A DNA stretch of 59,958 nt, filler included. It is 7 parts of 7 records of this genome, joined end to end, with 100 filler letters (N's around TTAATTAATTAA, not from the genome) between each part and the next. Parts side by side here need not be neighbours in the genome. Positions count along the whole stretch, not along the records: positions 5,727 to 16,512 come from SRR31147125_21727; positions 16,613 to 24,814 come from SRR31147125_21814; 5 more parts are not named here. One strand, written 5' to 3'. Of this stretch, positions 10,689-21,337 are shown in pieces (position 1 is the stretch's first letter; each line of letters starts with the position of its first letter). The notes beneath the pieces are model-generated. The model was given only the letters and a program-made list of their open reading frames with translations, was not told the origin of the DNA and searched no databases. Position numbers and translations under genes: made by a program.

Positions 10689-11444
10689 ATGATAAAGTTA
10701 AAATCTGATATGCAGATTGAAAAAATGGCTGAGTCTGGTAAAATTGCTAGTCAAGTTATGGCAGAAATCTCTAATGGCGTAAAGGCAGGTATATCTACAA
10801 AAGAGTTGGATAAAATTGCTTATAAAGCTATTGCGAAAAATGGTGGAGTTCCATCATTTAAAGGATACAGAGGTTTTCCTGGTTCAATATGTGCTTCGAT
10901 TAATGAAGAAGTTGTTCATGGGATTCCTAGTGCAAAGCGTATATTGCATGAAGGTGATATAATAAGTGTTGACCTTGGGGTTTATATTAATGGATATCAC
11001 TCTGATCTTGCAAGAACTTTTGCTGTAGGAGAATGCGAACCAAGTGTACTTAATTTAATCGAGGTTACAAAGCAATCATTTTTCGAAGGTGTTAAGGCAA
11101 TTAAGCAAGGCAATAGAGTTTGCGACATTTCTAAAAATGTGCAAGATTATGCTGAAGCTGCTGGGTATTCTGTTGTTAGAGAATTAGTTGGTCATGGAAT
11201 AGGTAAAGACTTACATGAGTCGCCGGATGTTCCTAACTTTGTTTTTAAAGGACCAAACCCAAGGCTTAATGTAGGAATTGTTATTGCTATAGAGCCTATG
11301 ATAAACATGGGAACCCTAGAAGTTGACTTTTCTTCGGATGGGTGGACAGTTACAACTCGTGACAAAAAGCCGTCTGCGCACTATGAAAACACAGTTGCAC
11401 TTACAAAAGATGGGGTAAAGATTTTAACCGATGCTTATATATAG
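10689..11444 (+). CDS. map: Methionine aminopeptidase type I
   Basis: SINEEVVHGIP, GHGIG, AIEPMIN, SAHYENT. Confidence 0.97.
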   Translation: MIKLKSDMQIEKMAESGKIASQVMAEISNGVKAGISTKELDKIAYKAIAKNGGVPSFKGYRGFPGSICASINEEVVHGIPSAKRILHEGDIISVDLGVYINGYHSDLARTFAVGECEPSVLNLIEVTKQSFFEGVKAIKQGNRVCDISKNVQDYAEAAGYSVVRELVGHGIGKDLHESPDVPNFVFKGPNPRLNVGIVIAIEPMINMGTLEVDFSSDGWTVTTRDKKPSAHYENTVALTKDGVKILTDAYI

Positions 11445-11470
11445 GATATACAGATTATAAGGAGTAGGTT

Positions 11471-11769
11471 TTGAGTAATTATGCTGTAGAGATTGGACGG
11501 ATCGTCCTATCTAAGGCTGGAAGAGATAAAGGCAAATACTTTGTTATATGTGACATTAAAGATGAAGAATTTGTTTATATATCAAATGGAGATTTAAGAA
11601 AGCTCCAAAACCTAAGCTTAAAAAGATAAAACATTTACATTTAACACCGATTGTTCTTGAAAATATTAAAGAAAAGTTGTTAAATAGTAAAAAAGTGTTT
11701 GATAGTGAGCTTAGAAGTGCTATAATAAATGCTGGCTATAACGGTGAGCAAAATGAAAGGAGAGTTTAG
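11471..11769 (+). CDS. KOW-domain / L14e-like RNA-binding protein (1-nt frameshift near 11610); absent from ORF track
   Basis: Manual translation [18 protein letters not shown]...NGDLRKLQN / PKLKKIKHL; conserved position between map and infA in Firmicutes. Confidence 0.85.
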
Positions 11770-11770
11770 C

Positions 11771-11995
11771 TTGTCAAAAAGTGATGTTATTGAAGTAGAA
11801 GGTAAGGTTACAGATTCGTTTCCAAATGCCGAATTTGAAGTGGAATTAGAAAATGGTCATAAGATTTTGGCTCATATTTCTGGGAAATTACGCATGCACT
11901 ACATTAAGATAATACCTGGGGATAAAGTTACTGTAGAGCTATCACCATATGATCTTACACGTGGCAGGATTACATGGAGAGGAAAAGGCAGGTAA
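11771..11995 (+). CDS. infA: Translation initiation factor IF-1
   Basis: TTG start, [29 protein letters not shown]. Confidence 0.97.
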   Translation: MSKSDVIEVEGKVTDSFPNAEFEVELENGHKILAHISGKLRMHYIKIIPGDKVTVELSPYDLTRGRITWRGKGR

Positions 11996-12057
11996 ACTTT
12001 GCGATTTTTAACCCATTATAGTTTTTTTGGGCATGTATTAATGATTAGGAGAATTGA

Positions 12058-12174
<117 letters not shown>

Positions 12175-12327
12175 GGATATTTGATATATAATTTTACTTG
12201 TTAGAAATAACGCATATGCTAGCGGCTGAATGCATTTTATGTGCACAAATTAGTATATGTTTTATATAGTGCAAACTTTAGTTTGCGAAATAAATTTACG
12301 AAATTTTTTCGGAGGTGTTAGAGAAAC

Positions 12328-12696
12328 ATGGCACGTATTGCAGGTGTTGATCTTCCTAGAGATAAAAGGGTTGAAATTGGACTAACATATATCTTTGGTA
12401 TTGGCTTAAGAAGCTCAAAAGATATTTTGTCAGAAACTGGTATAGATCCTAGTATAAGAGTCAAAGATTTATCCGAGGGAGATGTAGGTAAACTAAGAGA
12501 ACTTATCGAAAAATCATATACGGTTGAAGGTGATCTTAGAAGAGAAGTGAGTATGAACATTAAGCGTCTAATGGAAATTGGAGCTTATAGAGGTATTAGA
12601 CACCGTCGTGGGCTTCCTGTTAGAGGACAAAGCTCAAAACAAAACGCTAGAACAAGAAAAGGTCCTAAGCGTAGTGTGGCTAATAAGAAAAAATAG
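12328..12696 (+). CDS. rpsM: 30S ribosomal protein S13
   Basis: [24 protein letters not shown]. Confidence 0.98.
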   Translation: MARIAGVDLPRDKRVEIGLTYIFGIGLRSSKDILSETGIDPSIRVKDLSEGDVGKLRELIEKSYTVEGDLRREVSMNIKRLMEIGAYRGIRHRRGLPVRGQSSKQNARTRKGPKRSVANKKK

Positions 12697-12711
12697 CTTT
12701 GGAGGAAATAA

Positions 12712-13107
12712 ATGGCTAGTCCAAAAGGTGTAAAAAGTAGAAAACGTAGAGTTAAAAAGAATATAGAACGTGGTCAAGCACATATCAGATCATCTTTTAA
12801 CAATACTTTAGTTACTTTAACAGATTTAGAAGGTAACGGACTTTCATGGGCAAGTGCAGGTGGAATGGGTTTTAGAGGTTCAAAAAAATCTACGCCATTT
12901 GCTGCACAGCAAGCTGCAGAAAAAGCAGCTAAAGCTGCTATGGAACATGGTTTAAGATCTGTAGAAGTATATGTTAAAGGACCTGGTTCAGGTAGAGAAG
13001 CAGCAATTCGTGCTTTGCAAGCTGCTGGATTACAGGTTGTGCTAATTAAGGATGTGACGCCTATCCCTCATAACGGATGTCGTCCACCGAAGAGAAGAAG
13101 GGTGTAA
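12712..13107 (+). CDS. rpsK: 30S ribosomal protein S11
   Basis: [27 protein letters not shown]. Confidence 0.98.
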   Translation: MASPKGVKSRKRRVKKNIERGQAHIRSSFNNTLVTLTDLEGNGLSWASAGGMGFRGSKKSTPFAAQQAAEKAAKAAMEHGLRSVEVYVKGPGSGREAAIRALQAAGLQVVLIKDVTPIPHNGCRPPKRRRV

Positions 13108-13120
13108 GGGGGTTATTTAG

Positions 13121-13744
13121 ATGGCAAGATATACAGATTCAGTATGTCGTCTTTGTAGAAGAGAAGGCGCAAAACTGTTTTTAAAAGGTGACCGCTGTTA
13201 TTCTTCTAAATGTGCTTTTGCTAAACGTCCTGTGCCACCAGGCCAACACGGACAAAGCAGAAAGAAACTATCTGAGTATGGAATGCAGCTTAGAGAAAAA
13301 CAAAAAGTTAAACGTGCATACGGAATGCAAGAGAAACAATTTAAGAAATACTTTGATATTGCTGAAAAGACTAAAGGCATCACTGGTGAGGTTTTACTTT
13401 CATTGCTTGAAAGAAGACTAGATAATACAGTGTTTAGACTAGGTCTTGCAGATTCACGTGCACAGGCAAGACAAACTGTGCTACATGGGCATGTCACAGT
13501 TAATGGTAAAAAAGTTAATATTGCATCTTATTTTGTAGAGGTTGGGGATGAAATCAAAGTAAAGGATTCATCTAAAGATATGGAAAGATTCAAAGAGATT
13601 AGAGAGAGTGAAGCAAGACCAGTTAACAAATGGCTTACATTTGATAACACAAACCTAGTAGGTAGAGTTGTAGCACTTCCTCAGCGTGATGATGTTGACT
13701 TGACAATCGAAGAACACATGATTGTTGAGCTTTATTCTAAATAA
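13121..13744 (+). CDS. rpsD: 30S ribosomal protein S4
   Basis: [27 protein letters not shown]. Confidence 0.98.
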   Translation: MARYTDSVCRLCRREGAKLFLKGDRCYSSKCAFAKRPVPPGQHGQSRKKLSEYGMQLREKQKVKRAYGMQEKQFKKYFDIAEKTKGITGEVLLSLLERRLDNTVFRLGLADSRAQARQTVLHGHVTVNGKKVNIASYFVEVGDEIKVKDSSKDMERFKEIRESEARPVNKWLTFDNTNLVGRVVALPQRDDVDLTIEEHMIVELYSK

Positions 13745-13800
13745 TCTTAAAGTATCGTAAAAGTATAAAATAAGATAATCCTTAAATAAAGGAGTGTAAA

Positions 13801-14745
13801 ATGTTAGAAATTGAAAAGCCTAGAATTCAATGTGAAAAGATTGATGAGGATCAAAAATATGCAAGGTTTGTAATGGAGCCACTTGAAAGAGGCTTTGGTA
13901 CAACACTTGGTAATTCACTTAGAAGAATACTTCTATATTGTATACCAGGCGCAGCTGTTACAAGAGTAAGGTTTGAAAACGTACTTCATGAGTTTGCAAC
14001 AATTGAAGGTGTTTTAGAAGATGTTACAGACATTATATTAAACCTTAAGCAATTAGCAGTTAAAATGCATACTGATGAGCCAAAAACGCTAACTATTGAT
14101 GTTACTGGTGAAAGAGACATTACTGCTGCAGATATTATAACTGATAGTGAAGTTGAGATTGTAAACCCAGAACTTCATATAGCAACTTTAAACAACGACG
14201 GCAAGTTTTTTGCTGAGATTACGGTTGAAAAGGGCAGAGGGTATGTTTTGGCTGAGAAAAACAAGCTAGACGATATGCCTATTGGTATTATACCTGTTGA
14301 TTCTATGTTCACACCAACAAGAAAAGTTAACTTTAAAGTTGAAAATACTCGTGTTGGGCAAATAACAGACTTTGATAAACTAACACTAGAGCTATGGACA
14401 AATGGTAGCGTTAAGCCAGAAGATGCGGTATCACTTTCGGCAAAAATTATGAGTGAGCATTTAGCGCAATTTGTTGATTTATCAGAACATGTGAATGACG
14501 TTGAAATCATGGTTGAAAAAGAAGAAGACACTAAAGAAAAGATCTTAGAAATTACAATTGAAGAATTGGATCTTTCTGTTAGATCTTATAACTGTTTGAA
14601 GAGAGCTGGAATAAATACAGTTGAAGAGCTTGTGCTTAAAAACGAAGATGAAATGATGAAGGTTAGAAACCTTGGTAGAAAATCTTTAGAAGAGGTTCAG
14701 CATAAACTTCAAGCATTGGGTTTGAATTTGCGTATTAATGATTAA
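13801..14745 (+). CDS. rpoA: RNA polymerase alpha subunit
   Basis: [31 protein letters not shown]. Confidence 0.99.
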   Translation: MLEIEKPRIQCEKIDEDQKYARFVMEPLERGFGTTLGNSLRRILLYCIPGAAVTRVRFENVLHEFATIEGVLEDVTDIILNLKQLAVKMHTDEPKTLTIDVTGERDITAADIITDSEVEIVNPELHIATLNNDGKFFAEITVEKGRGYVLAEKNKLDDMPIGIIPVDSMFTPTRKVNFKVENTRVGQITDFDKLTLELWTNGSVKPEDAVSLSAKIMSEHLAQFVDLSEHVNDVEIMVEKEEDTKEKILEITIEELDLSVRSYNCLKRAGINTVEELVLKNEDEMMKVRNLGRKSLEEVQHKLQALGLNLRIND

Positions 14746-14762
14746 ATGGAGGTAAAAGGGCT

Positions 14763-15272
14763 ATGGCTAAGTATAGAAAGCTAAATAAGCCTTCTGGTCC
14801 AAGAAAGGCGATGCTAAGAAATTTAGCAACGCAGCTTATATGGACTGGCAGAATAGAAACAACTGAAGCTCGTGCAAAAGAAGTGAGAAGAATTGCTGAA
14901 AAGTATATCACTTTGGCTGTGCGTGAATGTGAAAATGATGTTGAAGTCACTAAAGTTATTAAAGACAACGATGGCGAAAAGAAAATCACATTTACAAATG
15001 ATAAACCATCTAAGCTTGCGGCTAGACGTAAAATGATGTCTTATCTATATGATTTGAAAGAAGAAAAGCAAGAAAAAGAAAGTAAATACGATTATAAACA
15101 AAGAACAAAAGACGCTAAGCATCCAGTTATTGAAAAGCTTTTTAGAGAGCTTGGACCAAAATACAAAGCAAGAGCAGAAGAAACTGGAACAGGCGGCGGT
15201 TATACTCGTATCATTAAAAAAGGACCAAGACGTGGCGATGCTACAGAAATGGTAATTATAGAGCTTGTGTAG
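14763..15272 (+). CDS. rplQ: 50S ribosomal protein L17 with internal insertions
   Basis: [23 protein letters not shown]; 169 aa. Confidence 0.95.
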   Translation: MAKYRKLNKPSGPRKAMLRNLATQLIWTGRIETTEARAKEVRRIAEKYITLAVRECENDVEVTKVIKDNDGEKKITFTNDKPSKLAARRKMMSYLYDLKEEKQEKESKYDYKQRTKDAKHPVIEKLFRELGPKYKARAEETGTGGGYTRIIKKGPRRGDATEMVIIELV

Positions 15273-15300
15273 TTTTAAGTTTATTTAACGTTTAACAATT

Positions 15301-15330
15301 AGGCTTGGGAATGATTTTCTTGAGCCTTTT
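15301..15330 (+). terminator. Terminator of alpha operon
   Basis: AGGCTTGGGAA / TTTCTTGAGCCT stem followed by T run. Confidence 0.6.
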
Positions 15331-15438
15331 GTTGTTGGCTTTAGATAAATATTTTACTAGCTTAAAGATAAAGTCATGAATTTTGTGTTAGTATAAGAAT
15401 AGGCTATATGTTAGTATAAAAAATAAGAAGATAATAAT

Positions 15439-16278
15439 ATGAATAATGAATATATAAAAACAAAGAATTTGAAGTATTCGTACATAAATGGGTATGACAA
15501 AATTACATTTGCTATTAATGGTTTAGATATTAGCATTAACAAAGGCGAGTTTGTTGCGATAATTGGACATAATGGTTCTGGAAAATCGACACTTGCTAAG
15601 CTTTTTAATGCATTATATATACCTTCAAGTGGCGAGGTAGAGATTGCTGGCTATAATACTAAGGATGAAGCGAGCCTGTTTGATATACGCAAAAACTGCG
15701 GTATGGTTTTTCAAAACCCTGATAATCAGATAGTTGCAACTTTGGTCGAAGAAGATGTCGCTTTTGGACCTGAAAATTTAGGTGTTGAATCAAAAGAGAT
15801 AAGAAGAAGAGTGACTGATGCACTAGATGTTGTTGGGCTTTCTGGATACGAGAAAAAAGCGCCTCATATGCTTTCTGGTGGACAAAAACAAAGAGTAGCT
15901 ATTGCTGGTATGCTTGCTATAGAGCCTAATATAATTGTTTTAGACGAGCCAACAGCAATGTTAGACCCGCATGGTAGAAAAGATGTTATAAAGACGGTTA
16001 AAAAGTTAAATGAGCAGGGAAAAACGATCATATATATAACGCATTACCTTGAAGAGACTGTTGATGCAGATAGAATTATAGTTTTAAAGGACGGCTTGTT
16101 ATTGGATCAAGGAACACCACATGAGATATTTGCTAAATACGACATGCTAAAATCAGCAAGGTTATCTGTGCCAAGAGTGACAAAACTGCAAAATCTTTTA
16201 AAAGAGCATGGTGTTGAATTTGATAAGACTATAATCGACCCTGATGAATTAGTGGAGGAATTATGTCAATTGTTATAG
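15439..16278 (+). CDS. ecfA1: ECF transporter ATPase EcfA1
   Basis: [27 protein letters not shown]; usual position after rplQ. Confidence 0.93.
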   Translation: MNNEYIKTKNLKYSYINGYDKITFAINGLDISINKGEFVAIIGHNGSGKSTLAKLFNALYIPSSGEVEIAGYNTKDEASLFDIRKNCGMVFQNPDNQIVATLVEEDVAFGPENLGVESKEIRRRVTDALDVVGLSGYEKKAPHMLSGGQKQRVAIAGMLAIEPNIIVLDEPTAMLDPHGRKDVIKTVKKLNEQGKTIIYITHYLEETVDADRIIVLKDGLLLDQGTPHEIFAKYDMLKSARLSVPRVTKLQNLLKEHGVEFDKTIIDPDELVEELCQLL

Positions 16279-16512
16279 AGAATTTATCCTTTACATATTC
16301 TACGGGAACGCCGTTTGAAACTAGAGCGCTAAAAGATATCAATTTAAAAATTGAGCAAGGTGAATTTTTGGGTATAATCGGTCACACTGGTTCTGGAAAA
16401 ACCACATTGATACATCAGCTAGCTGGGCTTATTAAGATACAGCAAGGTGATGTTTGTATTGATGGCGAATATATAAACGCTAAGGATTATGATAAAAAGA
16501 AGATTAGAAAAA
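16263..16512 (+). CDS. ecfA2: ECF transporter ATPase EcfA2, partial
   Basis: GTPFETRAL, GHTGSGKTT; truncated by contig end. Confidence 0.9.
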
Positions 16513-16612
16513 NNNNNNNNNNNNNNNNNNNNNNNNNNNNNNNNNNNNNNNNNNNNTTAATTAATTAANNNNNNNNNNNNNNNNNNNNNNNNNNNNNNNN
16601 NNNNNNNNNNNN
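16513..16612. other. Artificial contig linker
   Basis: N44-TTAATTAATTAA-N44. Confidence 0.99.
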
Positions 16613-16614
16613 GG

Positions 16615-16989
16615 GCATCGGAATCGTTTAAGAAGGAAGTCCCCCTGAATCTGCCGGAAGCCATTATCGTGGACCCAATTTCCCGCATTGTGGTCGCCGA
16701 CATTGACCTCCGGGAACGCCTGATCACTCGATTGCTCGATAATATCCCCATCGCGGCCAAGGGAAAAACAACCGGCTATCGGATTGAGCCCAAAGGCATC
16801 ACTCTGACCATCAGCGGTCCGGAGGCGATCGTCGGCAGGATCGAATCCAACCCCGCATTCTCGGTCACCATCGACCTGGAAGGCCTGGCATCGGGGTCCC
16901 ATTCTCTAAAGGCAGCCATCAAGCTGCCGCTTCATACAACCTTGGTTCAAGTCACTCCCGAACGATTTTCCGTAACCATCAGCAAATAA
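16615..16989 (+). CDS. CdaR/YbbR-like protein, C-terminal part
   Basis: Beta-rich repeat (IEPKGITLTISGP...IDLEGLASGSH...VTPERFSVTI) upstream of coaX. Confidence 0.7.
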   Translation, partial: ASESFKKEVPLNLPEAIIVDPISRIVVADIDLRERLITRLLDNIPIAAKGKTTGYRIEPKGITLTISGPEAIVGRIESNPAFSVTIDLEGLASGSHSLKAAIKLPLHTTLVQVTPERFSVTISK

Positions 16990-17005
16990 TACGTTGGAGG
17001 CGATC

Positions 17006-17773
17006 ATGCTGCTTGTCATCGATGTGGGGAACACCAATACGGTCATGGGTATCTATCAACAGGATACATTGGTCAAGGACTGGCGCATTCGCACGGAACG
17101 AAAAACTACGGAAGATGAGTTCAATGTGATCGTCAACAGCCTGTTCGCCATCGATGGAATCGATGCCAAGCAGATTCGCAAAACCGTCATTTCATCGGTC
17201 GTCCCCCCCATGGTTACCATCTTGGATTCCTTTTGCCGCAAATACCTGGGTCATGTCCCCCAATGGGTGGACGCACGATCCTATACCGGAATGCCGATTC
17301 TGATCAACAATCCCGCCGAACTGGGAGCGGATCGCATCGTCAATGCGGTGGCGGCTTACCACAAATACAAAAAAGGCCTCATTATCATCGATTTCGGAAC
17401 CGCCACAACCTTCGACGTCGTTTCTCAAAAAGGTGAATATTTGGGCGGGGCCATCAGCCCTGGAATCATGATCGCTTCCGAGGCCCTGTTTCGTGAAGCC
17501 TCGAAACTGCCACGGGTGGAGATCTTCGAACGACCGGAGAATGTCATCGGCAAGGATACCGCCGGCAGTATCAAATCAGGAATCATCTTCGGCTATGCCG
17601 GCCTGGTGGATGGAATTGTGGCCAAAATAAAGGCGGAGATGGAAAATGTTCCCATGGTGCTGGCCACGGGCGGCTTGGCACCGCTAATGGCCAATGTCGC
17701 CAACCTCGTCGATAAGGTGGATAGCTCGCTCACCCTTGAAGGGCTTCGCATTATCGCCGACAGTTTTAAATAA
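17006..17773 (+). CDS. coaX: Type III pantothenate kinase
   Basis: LLVIDVGNTNT, LGADRIVN, IDFGTATT, ATGG; GGAGG RBS. Confidence 0.96.
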   Translation: MLLVIDVGNTNTVMGIYQQDTLVKDWRIRTERKTTEDEFNVIVNSLFAIDGIDAKQIRKTVISSVVPPMVTILDSFCRKYLGHVPQWVDARSYTGMPILINNPAELGADRIVNAVAAYHKYKKGLIIIDFGTATTFDVVSQKGEYLGGAISPGIMIASEALFREASKLPRVEIFERPENVIGKDTAGSIKSGIIFGYAGLVDGIVAKIKAEMENVPMVLATGGLAPLMANVANLVDKVDSSLTLEGLRIIADSFK

Positions 17774-18700
17774 TCAAACTGGGGTTGAGGTCAGATAACC
17801 GGCAATCCCTTTTACACTGTTGATCAAAAAACTTCGTTCACGCGCCTGCATCGCCGGTGACAGCTGCCGAAACCCACGCAGCAGCGGATCTTCCTCCAAT
17901 AGCAGGTCAACCCATCGATCAATGACGCCCGATGAAATGTCGATTTCTGCGGCACCCTGATCGGCCAATGTCTGTTTCCAGAAGAGCAGCTGGTTCCGGT
18001 GTTTGCTCAACATGGCCATTCCATCCCGTCGCATTCCAAAATGGCCATAACACACAGTCTCCAACCGGGTTTCCATCAGCCGGTCAATACTGGCAAGCGA
18101 TGTTTCCAGAAAGAAACGGGGGGGCGTTGCCGGGCGAAGGTAAATCTCACCCGAGGCCTGGGGCAGACAGACCCCGCCGGCCTCCCCGGCAAAGAGATAG
18201 TTTTCGGTAGCGATTGCATAATGGTGCGGAGAATGCCCAGGGGTGTCGATTAGTCGAAAAGGCGCGGCGGCCAGCTGATCCGCGCGGGCAATGACCGAAG
18301 GGTCGATGGGAAGCATGCGGCCGTAGGCGCGACCGGTCTCGCCCAGTGTCTTTACGGTACCCTGCCACAAACGCTCGGGATCCACGAGATGGGCAGCTCC
18401 CTTGGGATGGCAGACCACCGGCGCATCTGCAAAGTGGCGTGTCAGATGACCAACGGCACCGGCATGGTCGATATGAATGTGTGTCAGACAGATGTAATCA
18501 AGACGATTAACCCCTATAGCCGTAATCGCGTCGATGAGCGGGTCCGCCGTCACTGCCGGGCCCACATCAACCAGATAAACGCAATCCGGCCCCTTTACCA
18601 GCCAAGCGCCGATAAAGTCATCGAATCCGTCGATGGGTGGAGTCAACACGATCAGAAAAAGATGGGGGGCAAGGGGACGAATGGTCGCCGCCATGGTCAA
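17774..18700 (-). CDS. Metallo-beta-lactamase-fold hydrolase
   Basis: THIHIDHAG, TPGHSPHH, YGHFG motifs. Confidence 0.9.
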   Translation of the reverse strand: MTMAATIRPLAPHLFLIVLTPPIDGFDDFIGAWLVKGPDCVYLVDVGPAVTADPLIDAITAIGVNRLDYICLTHIHIDHAGAVGHLTRHFADAPVVCHPKGAAHLVDPERLWQGTVKTLGETGRAYGRMLPIDPSVIARADQLAAAPFRLIDTPGHSPHHYAIATENYLFAGEAGGVCLPQASGEIYLRPATPPRFFLETSLASIDRLMETRLETVCYGHFGMRRDGMAMLSKHRNQLLFWKQTLADQGAAEIDISSGVIDRWVDLLLEEDPLLRGFRQLSPAMQARERSFLINSVKGIAGYLTSTPV

Positions 18701-18861
18701 TCCATTCCCATCTTTTGTTCCAGTTCACGGATCTTTTCGGCAAGGCGCTGCTTCTCAGATTCCGACAGCGCCGGATCTTCGAGTTGCCGATTCAATCCCA
18801 AGAGCAACATCTCTTCACGGTATTCCAGGCACGTATATTTACCGGTCGGTTTTGAATTCAT
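18697..18861 (-). CDS. Small coiled-coil hypothetical protein
   Basis: 54 aa (YTCLEYREEMLLLGL...) overlapping the MBL start, suggesting coupling. Confidence 0.65.
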   Translation of the reverse strand: MNSKPTGKYTCLEYREEMLLLGLNRQLEDPALSESEKQRLAEKIRELEQKMGMD

Positions 18862-18992
18862 ACAGAGGCCCCCACTGGACATTTTAAATTTGTCATTCAT
18901 CCGAAGCGGGAAAGAAAAAATGGGTACCAATGGTTAATGCGACTACCCTGCTTTTTTTAGGAAACCATCCTTATTTACCCTGATATACCACA

Positions 18993-19646
18993 TCAGGCAA
19001 GGCAATCTTTGTATGCTTGGTAAAATAGACCGTGATCCGCCATGCCGCGCCTCAGAATTTTATCGAAATCGGCGATGTTATCCACATTCACCGCCATATT
19101 CACACTTTTTTGAAAAGCAATCATATGATCCATGGTACGAAACCGGCGCGAAATCAGGGCCACGTATATGTTACGCCGAACAGCCATGTTGAGGCGTTCC
19201 AAATAAATCAAGACCCCATTGGTGTCGGGGTCCTTGGTATCGAAATACTCATTGACCACGATGAGGTCAAAACTGTGATAACGCATCGTTTTCAAGGCCT
19301 CACGACTATTGTTGACCTCGGTGGTGTGGTATTCGAGAACATCCAGGACCGGCGTGATGGCCTTTCTGATCATGGGATCGGATTCGCATAAAAGGGCCCT
19401 TTTGCCCTCCTCTTCCACAAAATCAAAAGGTTTGTCCGAGGCATCATAGCCCTCGCTGTCATCTTCATCAAAGGAGAAAAAGTCATCCTCGATGTCCGGT
19501 TGGTCGGAAGGGCCACCCTCATTTTTTGGGTGCACGCTGATGCGATTTTGACATTTGGGGCACTTTAGAAATGCCGTTTTGTCCGAGGGGAGTTTCTCGT
19601 CGGCAATCCGAAATTTACTTTGGCAGCTTTCACATATAATTTCCAT
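18993..19646 (-). CDS. Zinc-ribbon (MJ0042-type) protein with receiver-like C-terminal domain
   Basis: CESC...CPKC N-terminus, acidic linker, ALLCE...EALKTMRYHSFDLIVVN receiver-like fold. Confidence 0.8.
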   Translation of the reverse strand: MEIICESCQSKFRIADEKLPSDKTAFLKCPKCQNRISVHPKNEGGPSDQPDIEDDFFSFDEDDSEGYDASDKPFDFVEEEGKRALLCESDPMIRKAITPVLDVLEYHTTEVNNSREALKTMRYHSFDLIVVNEYFDTKDPDTNGVLIYLERLNMAVRRNIYVALISRRFRTMDHMIAFQKSVNMAVNVDNIADFDKILRRGMADHGLFYQAYKDCLA

Positions 19647-19698
19647 GATTTCTCCAATCGATCCTTACCGCGTGGGTTATTTTGCAGATCGATGATTT

Positions 19699-20862
19699 TC
19701 AGGCTTTGTCGTAATGTCGGTCGATCTGAAGGTTCTCGATGTCGGTAGTGGATTCCCCCCGGGCACTCTTCACCCGATCGATACCACGGCCGGCCACACC
19801 TTTGTGTGACGCAAAGGTCATGGCCGTTTCCTGGGTAATCAATCCCTGCTCGTAAAGGTTGACGATGTGATCATCAAAGGTAGTCATGCCGAAGGGACGG
19901 CCGGCCTCCATGATTTCATAAAAGGTCTTGCCTTCCGACTCACCGTTGAGGATGGCATCTTTTACTCGCAAGTTGGTCCCCAGTATTTCGAAAGCCGCCA
20001 CACGCCCCCCACCAATTTTCGGCAGCAACCGTTGGCCGACGATCCAACGGACGGTGTCGGCCAGGCGGATCCGGACCTGTTTCTCCTCTTCATTCGGAAA
20101 CATACCTAAAATACGGTTAATGGTCTGGCCGGCGTCCACGGTGTGCAGGGTGGTCAGCACCAAATGACCGGTTTCCGCCGCATTGAGCCCAATCTCCACC
20201 GTTTCCCGGTCTCGCATTTCACCCACCAGCACCACCTTGGGAGCCTGACGCAACGCGGCCCGCAAACCATTGGCAAAGCTATCGAAATCGGCGCCTAATT
20301 CACGCTGGTTGAAGGTTGCCTTCTTATGGGGATGCTGGTATTCAATGGGGTCTTCCAGTGTCACCACATGGACGGACCGGGCTTCGTTGATCTCCTCCAG
20401 GATTGCCGCCAATGATGTTGACTTTCCCGAGCCGGTGGACCCGGTCACGAAAACGATACCATTGAGTTCCTTACCGATTTTGTAGAATGTATCCGGAAGA
20501 TTCAAGTCTCGGATGGTCGGAATCTTGGATTCCAGTTTCCGCAGAACAATAGAGTAATGTCCCATTTGTGAAAAAATATTGACGCGGAACCGGGCCTTAC
20601 CGGGCAGCGAATAAGAAAGATCGCATGAACCGGTTTGGATCAAGGTTTCGGTAAGCCGCCGATCCTGATTTACAAGGTTCAGTGCGAAGGTCTCGGTCTG
20701 AAACGGAGTCAGCTCCTTGATCTCCGGTTTAATATCGACCGGCACCAATTCACCGGAGCTTTCAACTTGCAATGGCTTTCCCACGGTAAGGTTGAGGTCG
20801 GAAACATTGCTGTGGGAGTCCAGCATGCGCGTCAGGATATGATCGACTTCCTGTTTTTTCAT
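19699..20862 (-). CDS. PilT/PilU-family type IV pilus ATPase
   Basis: TGSTGSGKSTS, LEDPIEY, LRQAPKVVLVGEMRD, ETGHLVLTTLHT. Confidence 0.93.
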   Translation of the reverse strand: MKKQEVDHILTRMLDSHSNVSDLNLTVGKPLQVESSGELVPVDIKPEIKELTPFQTETFALNLVNQDRRLTETLIQTGSCDLSYSLPGKARFRVNIFSQMGHYSIVLRKLESKIPTIRDLNLPDTFYKIGKELNGIVFVTGSTGSGKSTSLAAILEEINEARSVHVVTLEDPIEYQHPHKKATFNQRELGADFDSFANGLRAALRQAPKVVLVGEMRDRETVEIGLNAAETGHLVLTTLHTVDAGQTINRILGMFPNEEEKQVRIRLADTVRWIVGQRLLPKIGGGRVAAFEILGTNLRVKDAILNGESEGKTFYEIMEAGRPFGMTTFDDHIVNLYEQGLITQETAMTFASHKGVAGRGIDRVKSARGESTTDIENLQIDRHYDKA

Positions 20863-21001
20863 GATTTCCCTTATTGCCTTGTCAGAAAATTATTCATTAC
20901 GAGCATGGCCATGCAAAACGCCAATTGACCGTCACAACCGTTCGACGCGACGTTTGAATAACGGCGTTTTGGATCCTTGCCCAGCGGATCCTATGGTTCT
21001 T

Positions 21002-21028
21002 CTATCGGCTGGTTGACGGCTATCCTTA
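21002..21028 (-). promoter_or_regulatory. Candidate sigma28 (FliA) promoter for second PilT paralog
   Basis: Minus strand TAAG-N15-GCCGATAG versus consensus TAAA-N15-GCCGATAA. Confidence 0.55.
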
Positions 21029-21337
21029 ATTGGAAATTTTATGGTGTGGTCCAGGGGGAAAGTTCCTTTTTAACCCTATTGTGCCGGATGCCTGGAAATG
21101 TAGAATGGCACCTGCAAAAAGGAAAATAGAAACAACCGTCGGACTTGACTTTCCGCTCGAGCTTGAGCGTTGTGGAGAATCGATAGGTCGGCTGGGACCC
21201 ATCCTATTGCCCCTCCCCGAATGACCAACAGCCACATGACTATTGACCCGGTTGTTGAGCATCGTTTGCGTCCGGATCGGCCGAAGGTAGCCTGAGGATG
21301 GGGTACCGGATGTTAGGGATATCGTTTGCCTGCGCCC

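Noticed and set aside
21241-21337. GGCAAAC...GGACGCAAAC on the minus strand resembling a c-di-GMP-I riboswitch between the pilT genes
   Set aside because: No GNRA-capped P2 stem between the motifs and no recognisable P3 or closing stem
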